Origin: an uncultured Alphaproteobacteria bacterium | Lineage (GTDB): Bacteria > Pseudomonadota > Alphaproteobacteria > Rhizobiales > Kaistiaceae | Direction of reading: 5' to 3' | NCBI GenBank assembly: GCA_963843565.1 | Contig: CAWJKY010000002.1 | Location: forward strand, 84,041-148,040 | Length of the DNA stretch: 64,000 nt | Shown: positions 34,415 through 43,690 of the stretch, one piece after another | Layout of the letters: each line of letters opens with the position of its first letter | Numbering within the stretch: the first letter of the stretch is position 1 | Program-made: the position numbers and the translations under genes | The notes under the pieces: model-generated | Databases searched by the model: none | What the model saw: the letters and a program-made list of their open reading frames with translations, nothing else | What the model was told of the DNA's origin: nothing

Positions 34415-34445
34415 TCAGCTGATTCGAGCGGAGTGATCCGGGTCT

Positions 34446-34889
34446 ATGCGCGCCTTCGAGGATTTCACAGTCGGCGAGGTGATCGAGCACGGCAGCCGGT
34501 CGTTGTCGCACGACGACATCGTTGAATTTGCAGCCGAGTTCGACCCGCAGCCCTTCCATCTCGACGAGAAGGCGCCGCAGACGATGTTCCTCGGCGGGCT
34601 GATCGCGTCGGGCTGGCACGTGGCAGCGATCTTCATGCGCCTGATGACCAACTCATTCCTGCAAAACTCCACCTGCCTCGGCTCGCCGGGCGTCGACACG
34701 CTGAAATGGGCAAAGCCGGTGAAGCCCGGCGACACCCTCACCGGCCGTTCGACGGTCACCGCCATGCGCGGCTCCGAGAGCCGGCCCGACCGAGGGATCG
34801 TCACCTTCCGCCACGAGGTCACCAACCAGGCGGGCGAGACGGTCATGTGGCTGGACAACCCGGTGTTCTTCGGAAAGCGCCAACGATGA
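34446..34889 (+). CDS. MaoC-like (hotdog fold) dehydratase subunit
   Basis: FEDFTVGEVIEHGSRSLSHDDIVEFAAEFDPQPFHLDE...GLIASGWH...KWAKPVKPGDTLTG. Confidence 0.8.
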   Translation: MRAFEDFTVGEVIEHGSRSLSHDDIVEFAAEFDPQPFHLDEKAPQTMFLGGLIASGWHVAAIFMRLMTNSFLQNSTCLGSPGVDTLKWAKPVKPGDTLTGRSTVTAMRGSESRPDRGIVTFRHEVTNQAGETVMWLDNPVFFGKRQR

Positions 34890-35329
34890 GCGGCTACGAC
34901 GATTTCGCGGTCGGCGACCGGGCCGAGTTCGGCACTTACGAATTCACCGCCGAACGCATTCGGGAATTCGCCGGGAAGTGGGACCCGCAGTTCTTCCACG
35001 TCGACGAGGAGGCGGCGCGCGACGGTCCGTTCGGGCGCCTGTCGGCGAGCGGCTGGCACACCGCCGCGGTGATGATGCGCCTCCAGGTGGATTATTTCCT
35101 GAGCCTTCCCAGCCCGCCGCGCTTCGGCCCCTCGCCCGGCTTCGACGACTTGAAGTGGCTGAAGCCGGTCTACGCCGGCGACCGCATCACCTACACCGGC
35201 GAGATCGTCGCCAAGCGGCTGTCGCGCTCACGCCCCGGCATCGGCATCGTCTCGTCACGCACCACCGGCACCAATCAGGACGGCGCGCGCGTGTACCAGC
35301 TGACCGCGCACGTCTTCATGATGGTGTGA
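34886..35329 (+). CDS. MaoC-like (hotdog fold) dehydratase subunit, paralog
   Basis: ATGA overlap with the upstream gene. YDDFAVGDRAEFGTYEFTAERIREFAGKWDPQFFHVDE...SASGWH...KWLKPVYAGDRITY. Confidence 0.8.
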   Translation: MSGYDDFAVGDRAEFGTYEFTAERIREFAGKWDPQFFHVDEEAARDGPFGRLSASGWHTAAVMMRLQVDYFLSLPSPPRFGPSPGFDDLKWLKPVYAGDRITYTGEIVAKRLSRSRPGIGIVSSRTTGTNQDGARVYQLTAHVFMMV

Positions 35330-35424
35330 AAAGGAAAGCGCAGTCATCGTCCGGTGACCGCGCGCTGGACGAAAGGGCAACGCGCTGGCCGGGAGTGGCC
35401 TGATGGCCCCCATTTGGCGTCGAG

Positions 35425-36120
35425 GTGAACCCGATGGTTTTCTGGATAGCGAATGCGATGGGGTTTGCGATCGCTTATCTCATCGGCTCCTTGCCCACCG
35501 GCTATCTCGCCGGAAGACTGCTCAAGGGCATCGATATCCGCGAGCACGGCTCGAAATCCACCGGCGCAACGAACGTATTGCGAACCGTCGGGAAATGGCC
35601 GGCGCTGGCAGTGCTGCTGGTGGACCTGCTGAAAGGTGTGGCGGCGATCGTCTTTGCCCGATGGTACTATTCCGGGCTCTCGACATTGCCGGCTGTCCCG
35701 CCGCGATCGGCGTTTGCTCTGCAAACCTGGGCGCCCTGGTCTGTTTCCGTGGCTGGCTTCGCCGTCCTGCTGGGGCATAGCCGTTCCATCTGGCTAAGGT
35801 TCGCCGGCGGCAAGTCCGCCGCGGCAGGGCTGGGCGTCTTGTTCGCGATGTCCTGGCCGGTAGGTCTTGGCGCTTCGATCGCTTTTGGCGTTGTGCTGGC
35901 CGCGTTTCGGATCGTTTCCCTCGCGTCAATGCTGGCGGCGTTGACCGCGATCGCCCTCATTTTCGGATTGGAGCATCCGTTGCCCTATCGGCTGCTGGTC
36001 GTGGTGGGCGGCCTCTACGTGATCTGGCGCCATCGCGCCAACATCCAGCGGCTATTGGCCGGGACGGAAGCCCGCCTGGGGCAGAAGAGCCCGGCAGCGA
36101 ACATGGGTTCGCAGACCTAG
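35425..36120 (+). CDS. plsY: Glycerol-3-phosphate acyltransferase PlsY
   Basis: AYLIGSLPTGYLAGRLLKGIDIREHGSKSTGATNVLRTVGKWPALAVLLVDLLKG...LLGHSRSIWLRFAGGKSAAAGLG. GTG 35425 or ATG 35434. Confidence 0.88.
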   Translation: MNPMVFWIANAMGFAIAYLIGSLPTGYLAGRLLKGIDIREHGSKSTGATNVLRTVGKWPALAVLLVDLLKGVAAIVFARWYYSGLSTLPAVPPRSAFALQTWAPWSVSVAGFAVLLGHSRSIWLRFAGGKSAAAGLGVLFAMSWPVGLGASIAFGVVLAAFRIVSLASMLAALTAIALIFGLEHPLPYRLLVVVGGLYVIWRHRANIQRLLAGTEARLGQKSPAANMGSQT

Positions 36121-36150
36121 CAAGCGCATTCCGGGACCGTTTGAGATGGG

Positions 36151-36179
36151 CCGCTCCCCGGCCGCGCACCGGGGAGCGG
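36151..36179. terminator. GC hairpin between convergent plsY and phosphatase genes
   Basis: CCGCTCCCCGG (36151-36161), 7-nt loop, CCGGGGAGCGG (36169-36179). No clear U-tract. Confidence 0.5.
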
Positions 36180-36191
36180 GAATGACTAGGC

Positions 36192-37055
36192 TTACTGCGG
36201 CGCGCCGGCCCACGTCGGCAGCGCGTCGATCTTCATCTGGCGGCGCTGATCGGGCGACTTCTTGTAGTCGCTCATGAACGGCGCCGACTCGAACGAGCCG
36301 TATTCGGGGTTGGAGATGAAAATCCAGTCGTGGCCGATGTGGGCGGCGTTCGACTGGAACGAGGCGAGACGATCGGCCTCCGAGCCGCCGTAGGCGTCGG
36401 AGAAGTCGCCGTAGTTGTCGCCGAGCAGCAGCAGGATACGATAGTTCTGGGCGACGAAGGCGCGGCGCGTGCCCTTCTTCGAGGTCCAGTCCTTCTGTTC
36501 GCCGCTCATGAGGAAGGTGTCGACGTCGCCGCCCATCGGAAAGCCGAGGGCCTGCATGTTCTTGCGGGTCGCCTCTTCCTGATCGGCGCTGCGGTTGGTG
36601 ACGTAGAACACCTTGACGCCCTTGGAGTCGGCGTACTTGGTGAAGTCGACGGCGCCGGGCACCGCCTTGGCTTCCGCCGATGCGACCCACGCCGCCCAGG
36701 TCTTGCCGCTGTAGTCCTGGCCGGTCTTGATCAGCCACGATTCATAGGCGCCGTTGTCGATGACCGTCTCGTCGGCATCGAGGATGATGGCCGGCGGCAG
36801 GTTCTGGTAGTCGCCGGTCTGCTCGGTGGCGGCGGTCCAGCTCTTGTCGGCGAGCGCCTCGTCGAGGCGGATGCGGGCGAGCGCGTAAGCTTCCTCCGCG
36901 GTCGCCTTGAACTCGACCGAATTGGTCACCCAGAGCGTGGCGTTGAGAAGATCGTTCTGGGGCACCGCCATATCGTCGGCGAACGCGCCGGCGAACGGCG
37001 CCACGACGAACGCCGCGCCGAGGGCCAGCGGCAGCAAACACCTGCTACGGATCAT
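36192..37055 (-). CDS. Secreted HAD-superfamily acid phosphatase (class C / e(P4)-like)
   Basis: Signal peptide MIRSRCLLPLALGAAFVVAPFAGAFA. DxDET motif (ILDADETVIDN). VFYVTNR and GDNYGDF motifs. Confidence 0.72.
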   Translation of the reverse strand: MIRSRCLLPLALGAAFVVAPFAGAFADDMAVPQNDLLNATLWVTNSVEFKATAEEAYALARIRLDEALADKSWTAATEQTGDYQNLPPAIILDADETVIDNGAYESWLIKTGQDYSGKTWAAWVASAEAKAVPGAVDFTKYADSKGVKVFYVTNRSADQEEATRKNMQALGFPMGGDVDTFLMSGEQKDWTSKKGTRRAFVAQNYRILLLLGDNYGDFSDAYGGSEADRLASFQSNAAHIGHDWIFISNPEYGSFESAPFMSDYKKSPDQRRQMKIDALPTWAGAPQ

Positions 37056-37316
37056 GGGACTGAGCCTCTCTGTTGAAGTTGGTTCTGAAAGCAAAGATAA
37101 GCCGGCGCACCAAATCGGCGGCGCCAGAACAAGGACATCAACGGCCCGCAAAGTCAGGGAAGCGGCCACCTAACGGCGATCCCCGGCCGGCGGGAGAAAC
37201 CCAGAGTAGCGCGGGTTTGCGACAGGATCATCACCGAAAACACATGGCCGGCATTTCGAGATCGCAGGTGCAAACGCCGCCCTGCCCGCCTAAATCAAAA
37301 CCGTCAGGAGCGACAG

Positions 37317-38606
37317 ATGGAAGCGACGACCAGCGCCCCGACCGGCAAGCACCGCGTGGTCATCATCGGCGGCGGCTTCGGCGGCCTTGCGGCGATCCAG
37401 AACCTCGCCAAGGCCGACGTGGCGATCACCATCATCGACCGCCGCAACCATCACCTGTTCCAGCCCCTGCTCTATCAGGTCGCCACCACCGCGCTCAGCC
37501 CCTCCGAGATCGCCTGGCCGATCCGCATGCTCGTCCGCCGCCACCCGGAGACGACGACGCTGATGGCGACGGTTGCCGGCATCGACGCCGAAGTCCGCCA
37601 GGTGCAGCTCGCCGACGGCGGCACCGTGCCCTACGACACGCTGGTCATCGCGACCGGCGCCCGCCACGCCTATTTCGGCCACGACGACTGGGAACCCTTC
37701 GCGCCGGGGCTGAAGACCCTCGAGGACGCCACCGCGATCCGCCGCAAGCTGCTCGCCGCCTTCGAGGCCGCCGAACGCGAGAGCGATCCGGACAGGCGCC
37801 GGGCGCTGCTGACCTTCGTCATCGTCGGCGGCGGCGCTACCGGCGTGGAACTTGCCGGCGCCATCATCGAACTGGCGCGGGTAACGCTGCGCGGCGATTT
37901 CCGCGCCATCCATCCGGAGGAGGCCCGCGTCGTGCTGATCGAGGCGGGGCCGCGGGTGCTCGCCAACTTCAGGGAGAACCTGTCCGCCTATGCCCGGCAG
38001 GCGCTCGAGAAGCTCGGCGTCGAGGTGGTGCTCGGCAAGAGCGTCACCGCGGTCGACGGCGATGGCGTCGTGGTCGACGGCAGCCGCCTCGCCGCGGCGA
38101 CGGTGTTGTGGGCGGCGGGCGTGCAGGCCTCGCCAGCCGCCGCCTGGCTCGGCGCCGAGGCGGACCGCTCCGGCCGCATCAAGGTGGGGCCCGACCTGAC
38201 CGTGCCCGGCCACCCGGAAATCTTCGCGATCGGCGACACGGTGACCGTGACCATGCCAGACGGCAAGCCGGTGCCCGGCATCGGCGACGCCGCCAAGCAG
38301 GAGGGCAAGTACGTCGCCGCAACGATCGCGGCGCGGCTTGGTGGACGCCCGGCCTCAGCGCCGTTTCGCTATCGCCACCTCGGCGACATCGCCACCATCG
38401 GGCGCAGCGCGGCGGTGATCGACTTCGGCTGGCTGCAACTGAAGGGCTGGGTCGGCTGGTGGGCGTGGGGCCTCGCCCACATCTACTTCCTGATCGGACT
38501 CAAGAACCGCATCTCGGTGGCGCTGAGCTGGCTGTGGATCTACCTCACCGGCCACCGCGGCGCGCGGTTGATCACCTACGGCGAGGCCGGCGCTCCGCGA
38601 AAGTGA
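37317..38606 (+). CDS. ndh: Type II NADH dehydrogenase (NDH-2)
   Basis: HRVVIIGGGFGGLAA...RRNHHLFQPLLYQVAT...FVIVGGGATGVELAGA...IFAIGD. Confidence 0.88.
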   Translation: MEATTSAPTGKHRVVIIGGGFGGLAAIQNLAKADVAITIIDRRNHHLFQPLLYQVATTALSPSEIAWPIRMLVRRHPETTTLMATVAGIDAEVRQVQLADGGTVPYDTLVIATGARHAYFGHDDWEPFAPGLKTLEDATAIRRKLLAAFEAAERESDPDRRRALLTFVIVGGGATGVELAGAIIELARVTLRGDFRAIHPEEARVVLIEAGPRVLANFRENLSAYARQALEKLGVEVVLGKSVTAVDGDGVVVDGSRLAAATVLWAAGVQASPAAAWLGAEADRSGRIKVGPDLTVPGHPEIFAIGDTVTVTMPDGKPVPGIGDAAKQEGKYVAATIAARLGGRPASAPFRYRHLGDIATIGRSAAVIDFGWLQLKGWVGWWAWGLAHIYFLIGLKNRISVALSWLWIYLTGHRGARLITYGEAGAPRK

Positions 38607-38622
38607 CGGGCGTGGCCGCCAG

Positions 38623-39288
38623 CTACGGCGTCGGCGCCTCGGGTGGCGCATCGGCGCGGGCGCGCTCCTCCCACAGGCGGAAATCCGGGTCGGCAAGCAC
38701 GGCGTCCATGTACGCCGCGCCGGTAGTGCCAAGTTTGACGCCGTAGGTGCGGAAGCGCGTTACCACCGGCGCGTACATGGCGTCGGCGATGGTCCAGTTG
38801 CCGAACAGGAACGGCCCGCCGGCCGCCCGGCCCCACGTCTCGCGGCACGCCCGCCACATCTTCTCGATGCGGGCGACGTCGGCGTTGGCCTGCGGATTGT
38901 TGGGGTTGGGCAGGCGCTCCAGCAGCGCCATCGACAGATATTCGCGCAGCGGCCGGAAGCCCGAGTGCATCTCCGCCGCGATGGCGCGGGCGTGGGCGCG
39001 CGCCGCCGGATCCTGCGGCCACAGGTGGCGATCCGGGAAGGTCTCGGCGAGGTATTCGCCGATCGCCAGCGAATCCCACACCTTGATCTCCTGGCCGCCG
39101 GTCCGGTGGATCAGCAGCGGCACCTTGGCGGTCGGCGACAGGCGGGTGAGTTCCGCCTTGCCGTCGCGGGTGCGGTAGCGCAGCAGCGTCTCCTCGAACG
39201 GCACGCCCGCCTTCTGCATCGGCAGCCAGCCGCGCATCGACCACGACGAAATCGTGCGGTAGCCGACGTAGATGTGGAAATCAGCCAT
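38623..39288 (-). CDS. Glutathione S-transferase family protein
   Basis: The thioredoxin-like N-terminus (ISSWSMRGWLPMQKAGVPFEE...KVPLL...WDSLAIGEYLAE) fits a GST N-domain. Confidence 0.7.
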   Translation of the reverse strand: MADFHIYVGYRTISSWSMRGWLPMQKAGVPFEETLLRYRTRDGKAELTRLSPTAKVPLLIHRTGGQEIKVWDSLAIGEYLAETFPDRHLWPQDPAARAHARAIAAEMHSGFRPLREYLSMALLERLPNPNNPQANADVARIEKMWRACRETWGRAAGGPFLFGNWTIADAMYAPVVTRFRTYGVKLGTTGAAYMDAVLADPDFRLWEERARADAPPEAPTP

Positions 39289-39297
39289 GAACGGACC

Positions 39298-39843
39298 TCA
39301 GTGCCCCTCGAAGGCGATGACGGTGTGAACGGCGACGCCCTTGGCGGCGACGCGCGCCGCGCCGCCGAGATCGGGCAGGTCTATCAGGAACGCGGCGGCC
39401 ACCGCCTCACCGCCGAGGCGGCGGATCAGTTCGATGGCCGCGTCGGCGCTGCCGCCGGTCGCGATGAGATCGTCGATGAGCAGCACGCGCGCGCCGCTAG
39501 CCAGAGCATCGGCGTGCATCTCGATGCGGTCGTCGCCGTACTCGAGGCTGTACTCCTGCGCGACCACGCGCCAAGGCAGCTTGCCCTTCTTGCGGATCGG
39601 CACGAAGCCGCAGCCGAGCGCCACCGCCACCGCACCGCCCAGAATGAAGCCGCGCGCCTCGATGCCGGCGACCGCGTCGATGCCGGCGCCGACATAGGGC
39701 GCGGCGAGCGCATCGACGGCGGCGCTAAGGCCCGCGGCGTTGCCGATCAGCGTGGTGATGTCGCGGAACATGATCCCCGGCTTGGGATGGTCGGGAATCG
39801 AACGGATCAGGGACTTCAGGTCGATGGAACTGCCGGCGGTCAC
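39298..39843 (-). CDS. apt: Adenine phosphoribosyltransferase
   Basis: LKSLIRSIPDHPKPGIMFRDITTL...GIEARGFILGGAVA...VLLIDDLIATGGS (PRPP motif). GTG 39843 has a GGGAAGGGAAG RBS region upstream. Confidence 0.92.
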   Translation of the reverse strand: MTAGSSIDLKSLIRSIPDHPKPGIMFRDITTLIGNAAGLSAAVDALAAPYVGAGIDAVAGIEARGFILGGAVAVALGCGFVPIRKKGKLPWRVVAQEYSLEYGDDRIEMHADALASGARVLLIDDLIATGGSADAAIELIRRLGGEAVAAAFLIDLPDLGGAARVAAKGVAVHTVIAFEGH

Positions 39844-39957
39844 GCTTCTTCCCTTCCCAAACCGCACGCCGCGACGCGGCCGGGCAACTGGCAGGCTTAG
39901 CAAACCGAAGGGTCTGAGACCACAACGGTCAGAGGGGACGAACTGCCTCAGGTGCCC

Positions 39958-39986
39958 TTGACCCCACCCCACCCCACCCCTATCAT
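39958..39986 (+). promoter_or_regulatory. Sigma70-like promoter whose 17-nt spacer is a CCCCA pentanucleotide repeat
   Basis: TTGACC (39958-39963), spacer CCACCCCACCCCACCCC, TATCAT (39981-39986), 25 nt upstream of ATG 40011. Confidence 0.45.
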
Positions 39987-40010
39987 CGTTAGGCTTGAAG
40001 AAGGATCGTC

Positions 40011-40361
40011 ATGGCAACCGTCAGGATCAACGACGACGCGGTCTGGGTGAAGAGCGTCGAGGGCAGCCCCGAGCTTCAGACGAGGATCAAGTCGCTCAAG
40101 GCGGGCGAAGTCCTCGACCTCGAAGTCGATGGCATTGTCGGCAAGTGGGAGCGTATGCGCGACGGCCGCGACGGCCGGCCAACCTTCGGCATCAGGCCGA
40201 TCGGCGAGATGCGTCAGGTCTGGGCGCGGCTCCGCAAGGCGAGCCGCACGACAGTCCCCGTGCGCGAAGTGATCGTCGCCGACACGTACCTCGCCAGCCT
40301 CGCTCCCACGCTCAACGAATGGGATTCGGGAGAAGACGCCGAAGCCTACCGTGATCTGTGA
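40011..40361 (+). CDS. Candidate antitoxin partner of the PemK/MazF-like toxin (non-canonical N-terminal domain)
   Basis: 116 aa, overlapping the downstream toxin gene by 11 nt. The acidic C-terminal tail is LNEWDSGEDAEAYRDL. No SpoVT/AbrB, RHH or HTH motif is recognisable by eye. Confidence 0.5.
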   Translation: MATVRINDDAVWVKSVEGSPELQTRIKSLKAGEVLDLEVDGIVGKWERMRDGRDGRPTFGIRPIGEMRQVWARLRKASRTTVPVREVIVADTYLASLAPTLNEWDSGEDAEAYRDL

Positions 40362-40683
40362 CTTCGCCGATGTCGTGGCCGTGCCCTTCCCGTTCGTCGA
40401 CCGGCCGATTGTGAAGGTGCGCCCGGCGCTGGTCTTCTCCGGCACGACATTCAACGCGGAGAACGGTCAGTCAGTGCTCGCAATGATTACCACCGGCGCC
40501 GGCTCGTCGTGGCCCAGCGACATCGCCATAACCGACGGTGCCAAGGCGGGCATCCTTCACCCTTCGGTCATCCGCTGGAAGACGTTCACCCTTCCCAACC
40601 AGACCATACTGCGCCGGCTCGGAACGCTCGGCGCCCGCGACCGCACCGCGGTGAAACGCGCGCTCCGGGAGATTTTCGGCTGA
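40351..40683 (+). CDS. PemK/MazF-family toxin-like protein
   Basis: FADVVAVPFPFVDRPIVKVRPALVFS...SVLAMITTGAGSSWPSDIAI...SVIRWKTFTLPNQTILRRLGTL follows the PemK pattern (D-[IV]-V-x-V-x-F-P..., RPALV, ITS/T). GTG start. Confidence 0.7.
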   Translation: MICDFADVVAVPFPFVDRPIVKVRPALVFSGTTFNAENGQSVLAMITTGAGSSWPSDIAITDGAKAGILHPSVIRWKTFTLPNQTILRRLGTLGARDRTAVKRALREIFG

Positions 40684-40703
40684 ATGGGTAGCGTGGCGCG
40701 CCG

Positions 40704-41558
40704 TCAGTGGGCGACCTTTGACCAGATCTGGCGCTTGGTGAGCAGCATCAGGCCCGCGAAGACCAGCAGGAAGACGACCACCTCGAAGCCCATGCGCTTG
40801 CGCGCCACCAGATGGGGCTCGGCCGCCCACATCAGGAACGCCGCCACGTCGCGGGCGTACTGGTCGACGGTCTGCGGCGTACCGTCGGTGTAGGTCACCT
40901 GATCGTCGGCCAGCGGCGGCGGCATCTTCAGCGACACCGCGGTCATGAAGTACGGGTTGTAGTAGGTGCCGTCGGGCACCGTCACGCCCTTGGGCGGATC
41001 GGTGAAGCCGGTGAGCAGCGCGTGGATATAGTCCGGGCCGCCTTCCTGGTACTGGGTGAAGAAGTCGACGATCGCCCAGAACACGCCGCGTTCGGCGCCA
41101 CGCGCCTTGGCCATCAGCGACAAGTCGGGCGGCGCGGCCCCGCCGTTGGAGGCGGCGGCGGCCTCGGGGTTCGGGAACGGCGACGGGAAGTGGTCGGACG
41201 GCTTGCCCGGCCGCTGGAACATGTCGCCGGAATCGTTCGGCCCGTCGGTGATCTGGAAGCTCGCCGCCAGCGCCTTGACCTCGTCCACGCTGAAGCCCGG
41301 CCCGTCCTCCGCCTCGAGGTTGCGGAACGCGACGTACTTCATCGAATGGCAGTTGGAGCAGACTTCCTTGTAGACCTGATAGCCGCGCTGCAACTGCGCC
41401 CGGTCGAACTTGCCGAACGGACCGGCGAACGACCACGACAGGAGCGGTGGCGTCTTCTGCGGGAACGAGGTCGGCTGGGTGCCGCCCTCCTGCGCGAGGA
41501 CGGTGGCCGCGGAAAACGCGACGACGGCGGCGGCGACGAGGGCGAGAGCGCGCTTCAT
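40704..41558 (-). CDS. petC: Cytochrome c1
   Basis: Signal peptide. Haem motif CSNCHS. GPDLS...YNPYF...M.PPL pattern. C-terminal TM anchor. Confidence 0.92.
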   Translation of the reverse strand: MKRALALVAAAVVAFSAATVLAQEGGTQPTSFPQKTPPLLSWSFAGPFGKFDRAQLQRGYQVYKEVCSNCHSMKYVAFRNLEAEDGPGFSVDEVKALAASFQITDGPNDSGDMFQRPGKPSDHFPSPFPNPEAAAASNGGAAPPDLSLMAKARGAERGVFWAIVDFFTQYQEGGPDYIHALLTGFTDPPKGVTVPDGTYYNPYFMTAVSLKMPPPLADDQVTYTDGTPQTVDQYARDVAAFLMWAAEPHLVARKRMGFEVVVFLLVFAGLMLLTKRQIWSKVAH

Positions 41559-41559
41559 G

Positions 41560-42813
41560 TCAGGCCTTCGCCCCGGAGGTCTTGGAGAGCACCGCCTCGG
41601 TGATACTGGTCGGCAGCGGCTTGGGCTTCTCGAGCAGGCCGACGACCGGCAGCACGATGAGGAAGTGGGCGAAGTAGTAGACGGTCAGGATGCGCGCCGC
41701 GATCACGAAGCCGCCTTCCGGGGGCTGCGATCCGAGGTAGCCGAGGCCGAGGCCGGTGGCGACGAAGATCCAGAAGAACTGGCGGTAGATCGGCCGAAAG
41801 GTCGACGAGCGCACCCGCGCGGTATCGAGCCACGGCAGGAAGACCAAGACGGCGATCGAGCTGAACAGCGCGATGACCCCGAACAGCTTGTTCGGGATGG
41901 CGCGCAGGATCGCGTAGAACGGCAGCAGGTACCATTCCGGAACGATGTGCGCCGGCGTCTGCAGCGGGTTGGCGGCGATGTAGTTGTCCGGCTCGCCGAG
42001 ATAGTTGGGCACGTAGAAGACCAGCCACGCGAACAGGATCAGGAACACCGACAGACCGAAAGTGTCCTTGATCGTGTAGTACGGGTGGAAGGGCACCGTG
42101 TCCTGGCTGCTCTTGACGTCGACGCCGGCCGGATTGCCGTTGCCGGGAACGTGCAGCGCCCAGAGGTGCAGGATGACCACGCCGGCGATCATGAACGGCA
42201 GCAGGTAGTGCAGCGAGAAGAAGCGGTTGAGGGTCGCGTTGTCGACCGAGAAGCCACCCCACAGCCACGTCGTGATGGTGTTGCCGACCACGGGAATCGC
42301 CGAGAACAGGTTGGTGATGACGGTGGCGCCCCAGAACGACATCTGGCCCCACGGCAGCACGTAGCCGAAGAAGGCCGTCATGATCATCAGCAGGAAGATG
42401 ATGACGCCCAGAATCCAGAGGATCTCGCGCGGCGCCTTGTAGGAGCCGTAGTACATGCCCCGCAGCATGTGGATGTAGACGGCGAAGAAGAACAGCGAGG
42501 CGCCGTTTGAGTGCAGGTAGCGGATCAGCCAGCCGTAGTTGACGTCGCGCATGATGCCCTCGACCGAGCTCATGGCGAGGGTGGCGTTCGGCGTGTAGTG
42601 CATGGCGAGCACGATGCCGGTGACGATCTGCGCGGCCAGCATGAACAGCAGGATGGCGCCGAAGTTCCACCAGTAGTTCAGGTTGCGCGGCGTCGGGAAG
42701 ACGACGAACGAGGAGCGGATGAAGCCGAACATCGGCAGCCGCACCTCGATCCACTTGATCACCCGGTTGGTCGGCGCCCAATCCGCCCCGTGTGCTTCGC
42801 CGTGTTCGGCCAT
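41560..42813 (-). CDS. petB: Cytochrome b
   Basis: [30 protein letters not shown]...[12 protein letters not shown]...[18 protein letters not shown]. Confidence 0.96.
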   Translation of the reverse strand: MAEHGEAHGADWAPTNRVIKWIEVRLPMFGFIRSSFVVFPTPRNLNYWWNFGAILLFMLAAQIVTGIVLAMHYTPNATLAMSSVEGIMRDVNYGWLIRYLHSNGASLFFFAVYIHMLRGMYYGSYKAPREILWILGVIIFLLMIMTAFFGYVLPWGQMSFWGATVITNLFSAIPVVGNTITTWLWGGFSVDNATLNRFFSLHYLLPFMIAGVVILHLWALHVPGNGNPAGVDVKSSQDTVPFHPYYTIKDTFGLSVFLILFAWLVFYVPNYLGEPDNYIAANPLQTPAHIVPEWYLLPFYAILRAIPNKLFGVIALFSSIAVLVFLPWLDTARVRSSTFRPIYRQFFWIFVATGLGLGYLGSQPPEGGFVIAARILTVYYFAHFLIVLPVVGLLEKPKPLPTSITEAVLSKTSGAKA

Positions 42814-42835
42814 ATTGATTTCGCCCGCCCGCCTG

Positions 42836-43405
42836 TCAGCCGATCATGATCGTGGTGTCGGAAGTGAAGTTGTACTTCGGAATAGCCATATTCTCCGGCG
42901 CCGGCCCCTGGCGGATGCGCCCGGCCGGATCGTATTGCGACCCGTGGCACGGACAGAACCAGCCGTCGTAGGCGCCCTGCTGGCCAAGCGGCACACACCC
43001 GAGATGCGTGCAGATCTCGATCATGATGAGCCAGGCTTCCTTGCCGGGCGCGGAGCGATTGGCGTCGGTCGCCGGCGCGTCGGCCGGGAGGTTGGCGTTG
43101 CGCGCCAGACCATCGCGCAGCTGCGAGATGTCGACCGCCTTGGCATCGGCGATCTCCTTCTCGGTGCGCTGGCGAATGACGACGGGCTTGCCGCGCCACT
43201 TGACGATGAGCGACTGGCCGACCTCGACCGCGGAGATGTCGACCTCGACCGAGGCCAGCGCCAGGGCGGCAGCGTCCGGGTTCATCTGGTCGACCAGCGG
43301 CCACGCAACCAGCGCCGTGCCGACGCCGGCGACCGCCCCCGTGGCAATGTAGAGAAAGTCCCGCCGTGTCGGTTCCGGATGATCAGCCGCGTCGGTGCTT
43401 GACAA
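42836..43405 (-). CDS. petA: Ubiquinol-cytochrome c reductase Rieske iron-sulfur subunit
   Basis: TTG start gives [19 protein letters not shown] (Tat-like RR motif). Rieske boxes CTHLGC and CPCHGS. Confidence 0.93.
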   Translation of the reverse strand: MSSTDAADHPEPTRRDFLYIATGAVAGVGTALVAWPLVDQMNPDAAALALASVEVDISAVEVGQSLIVKWRGKPVVIRQRTEKEIADAKAVDISQLRDGLARNANLPADAPATDANRSAPGKEAWLIMIEICTHLGCVPLGQQGAYDGWFCPCHGSQYDPAGRIRQGPAPENMAIPKYNFTSDTTIMIG

Positions 43406-43690
43406 ATCGGTCCCCTGAAAGCCCTGCCAGAACGCCTCGCCCCACCGCCGGCAGAATCCCCCGCCTGAGGCCGGCAAGGTTTAGCGAGCGACCTTAGGAC
43501 TTGTCCAGAGTAGCCCTGAGAAATGCGCACATTGTCGCGGGGATGGCGGGTTTTGGGGCGTCGCGCCCCCCAAAAGGCGCGACCGGGACCGGAACGCAGG
43601 AAACCCGGGGCGTTTGACCCACCTCAAGGCGGTCCGGTGCGGCTCTGCTAGGGCCCTTGCTGAGGTTTCGGAACCGGATTGGAGGCGGCT

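Noticed and set aside
37073-38746. 557-aa Arg-rich ORF overlapping ndh in another frame
   Set aside because: Frame shadow. The ndh frame carries GGGFGG and GGGATG dinucleotide-binding motifs.
43551-43575. Imperfect hairpin TTTTGGGGCG-TCG-CGCCCCCCAAAA in the petA/flavodoxin divergent spacer
   Set aside because: It looks terminator-like but lies between two divergent starts, where a terminator makes little sense. The pairing is imperfect. It may be a regulatory element, but evidence is insufficient.
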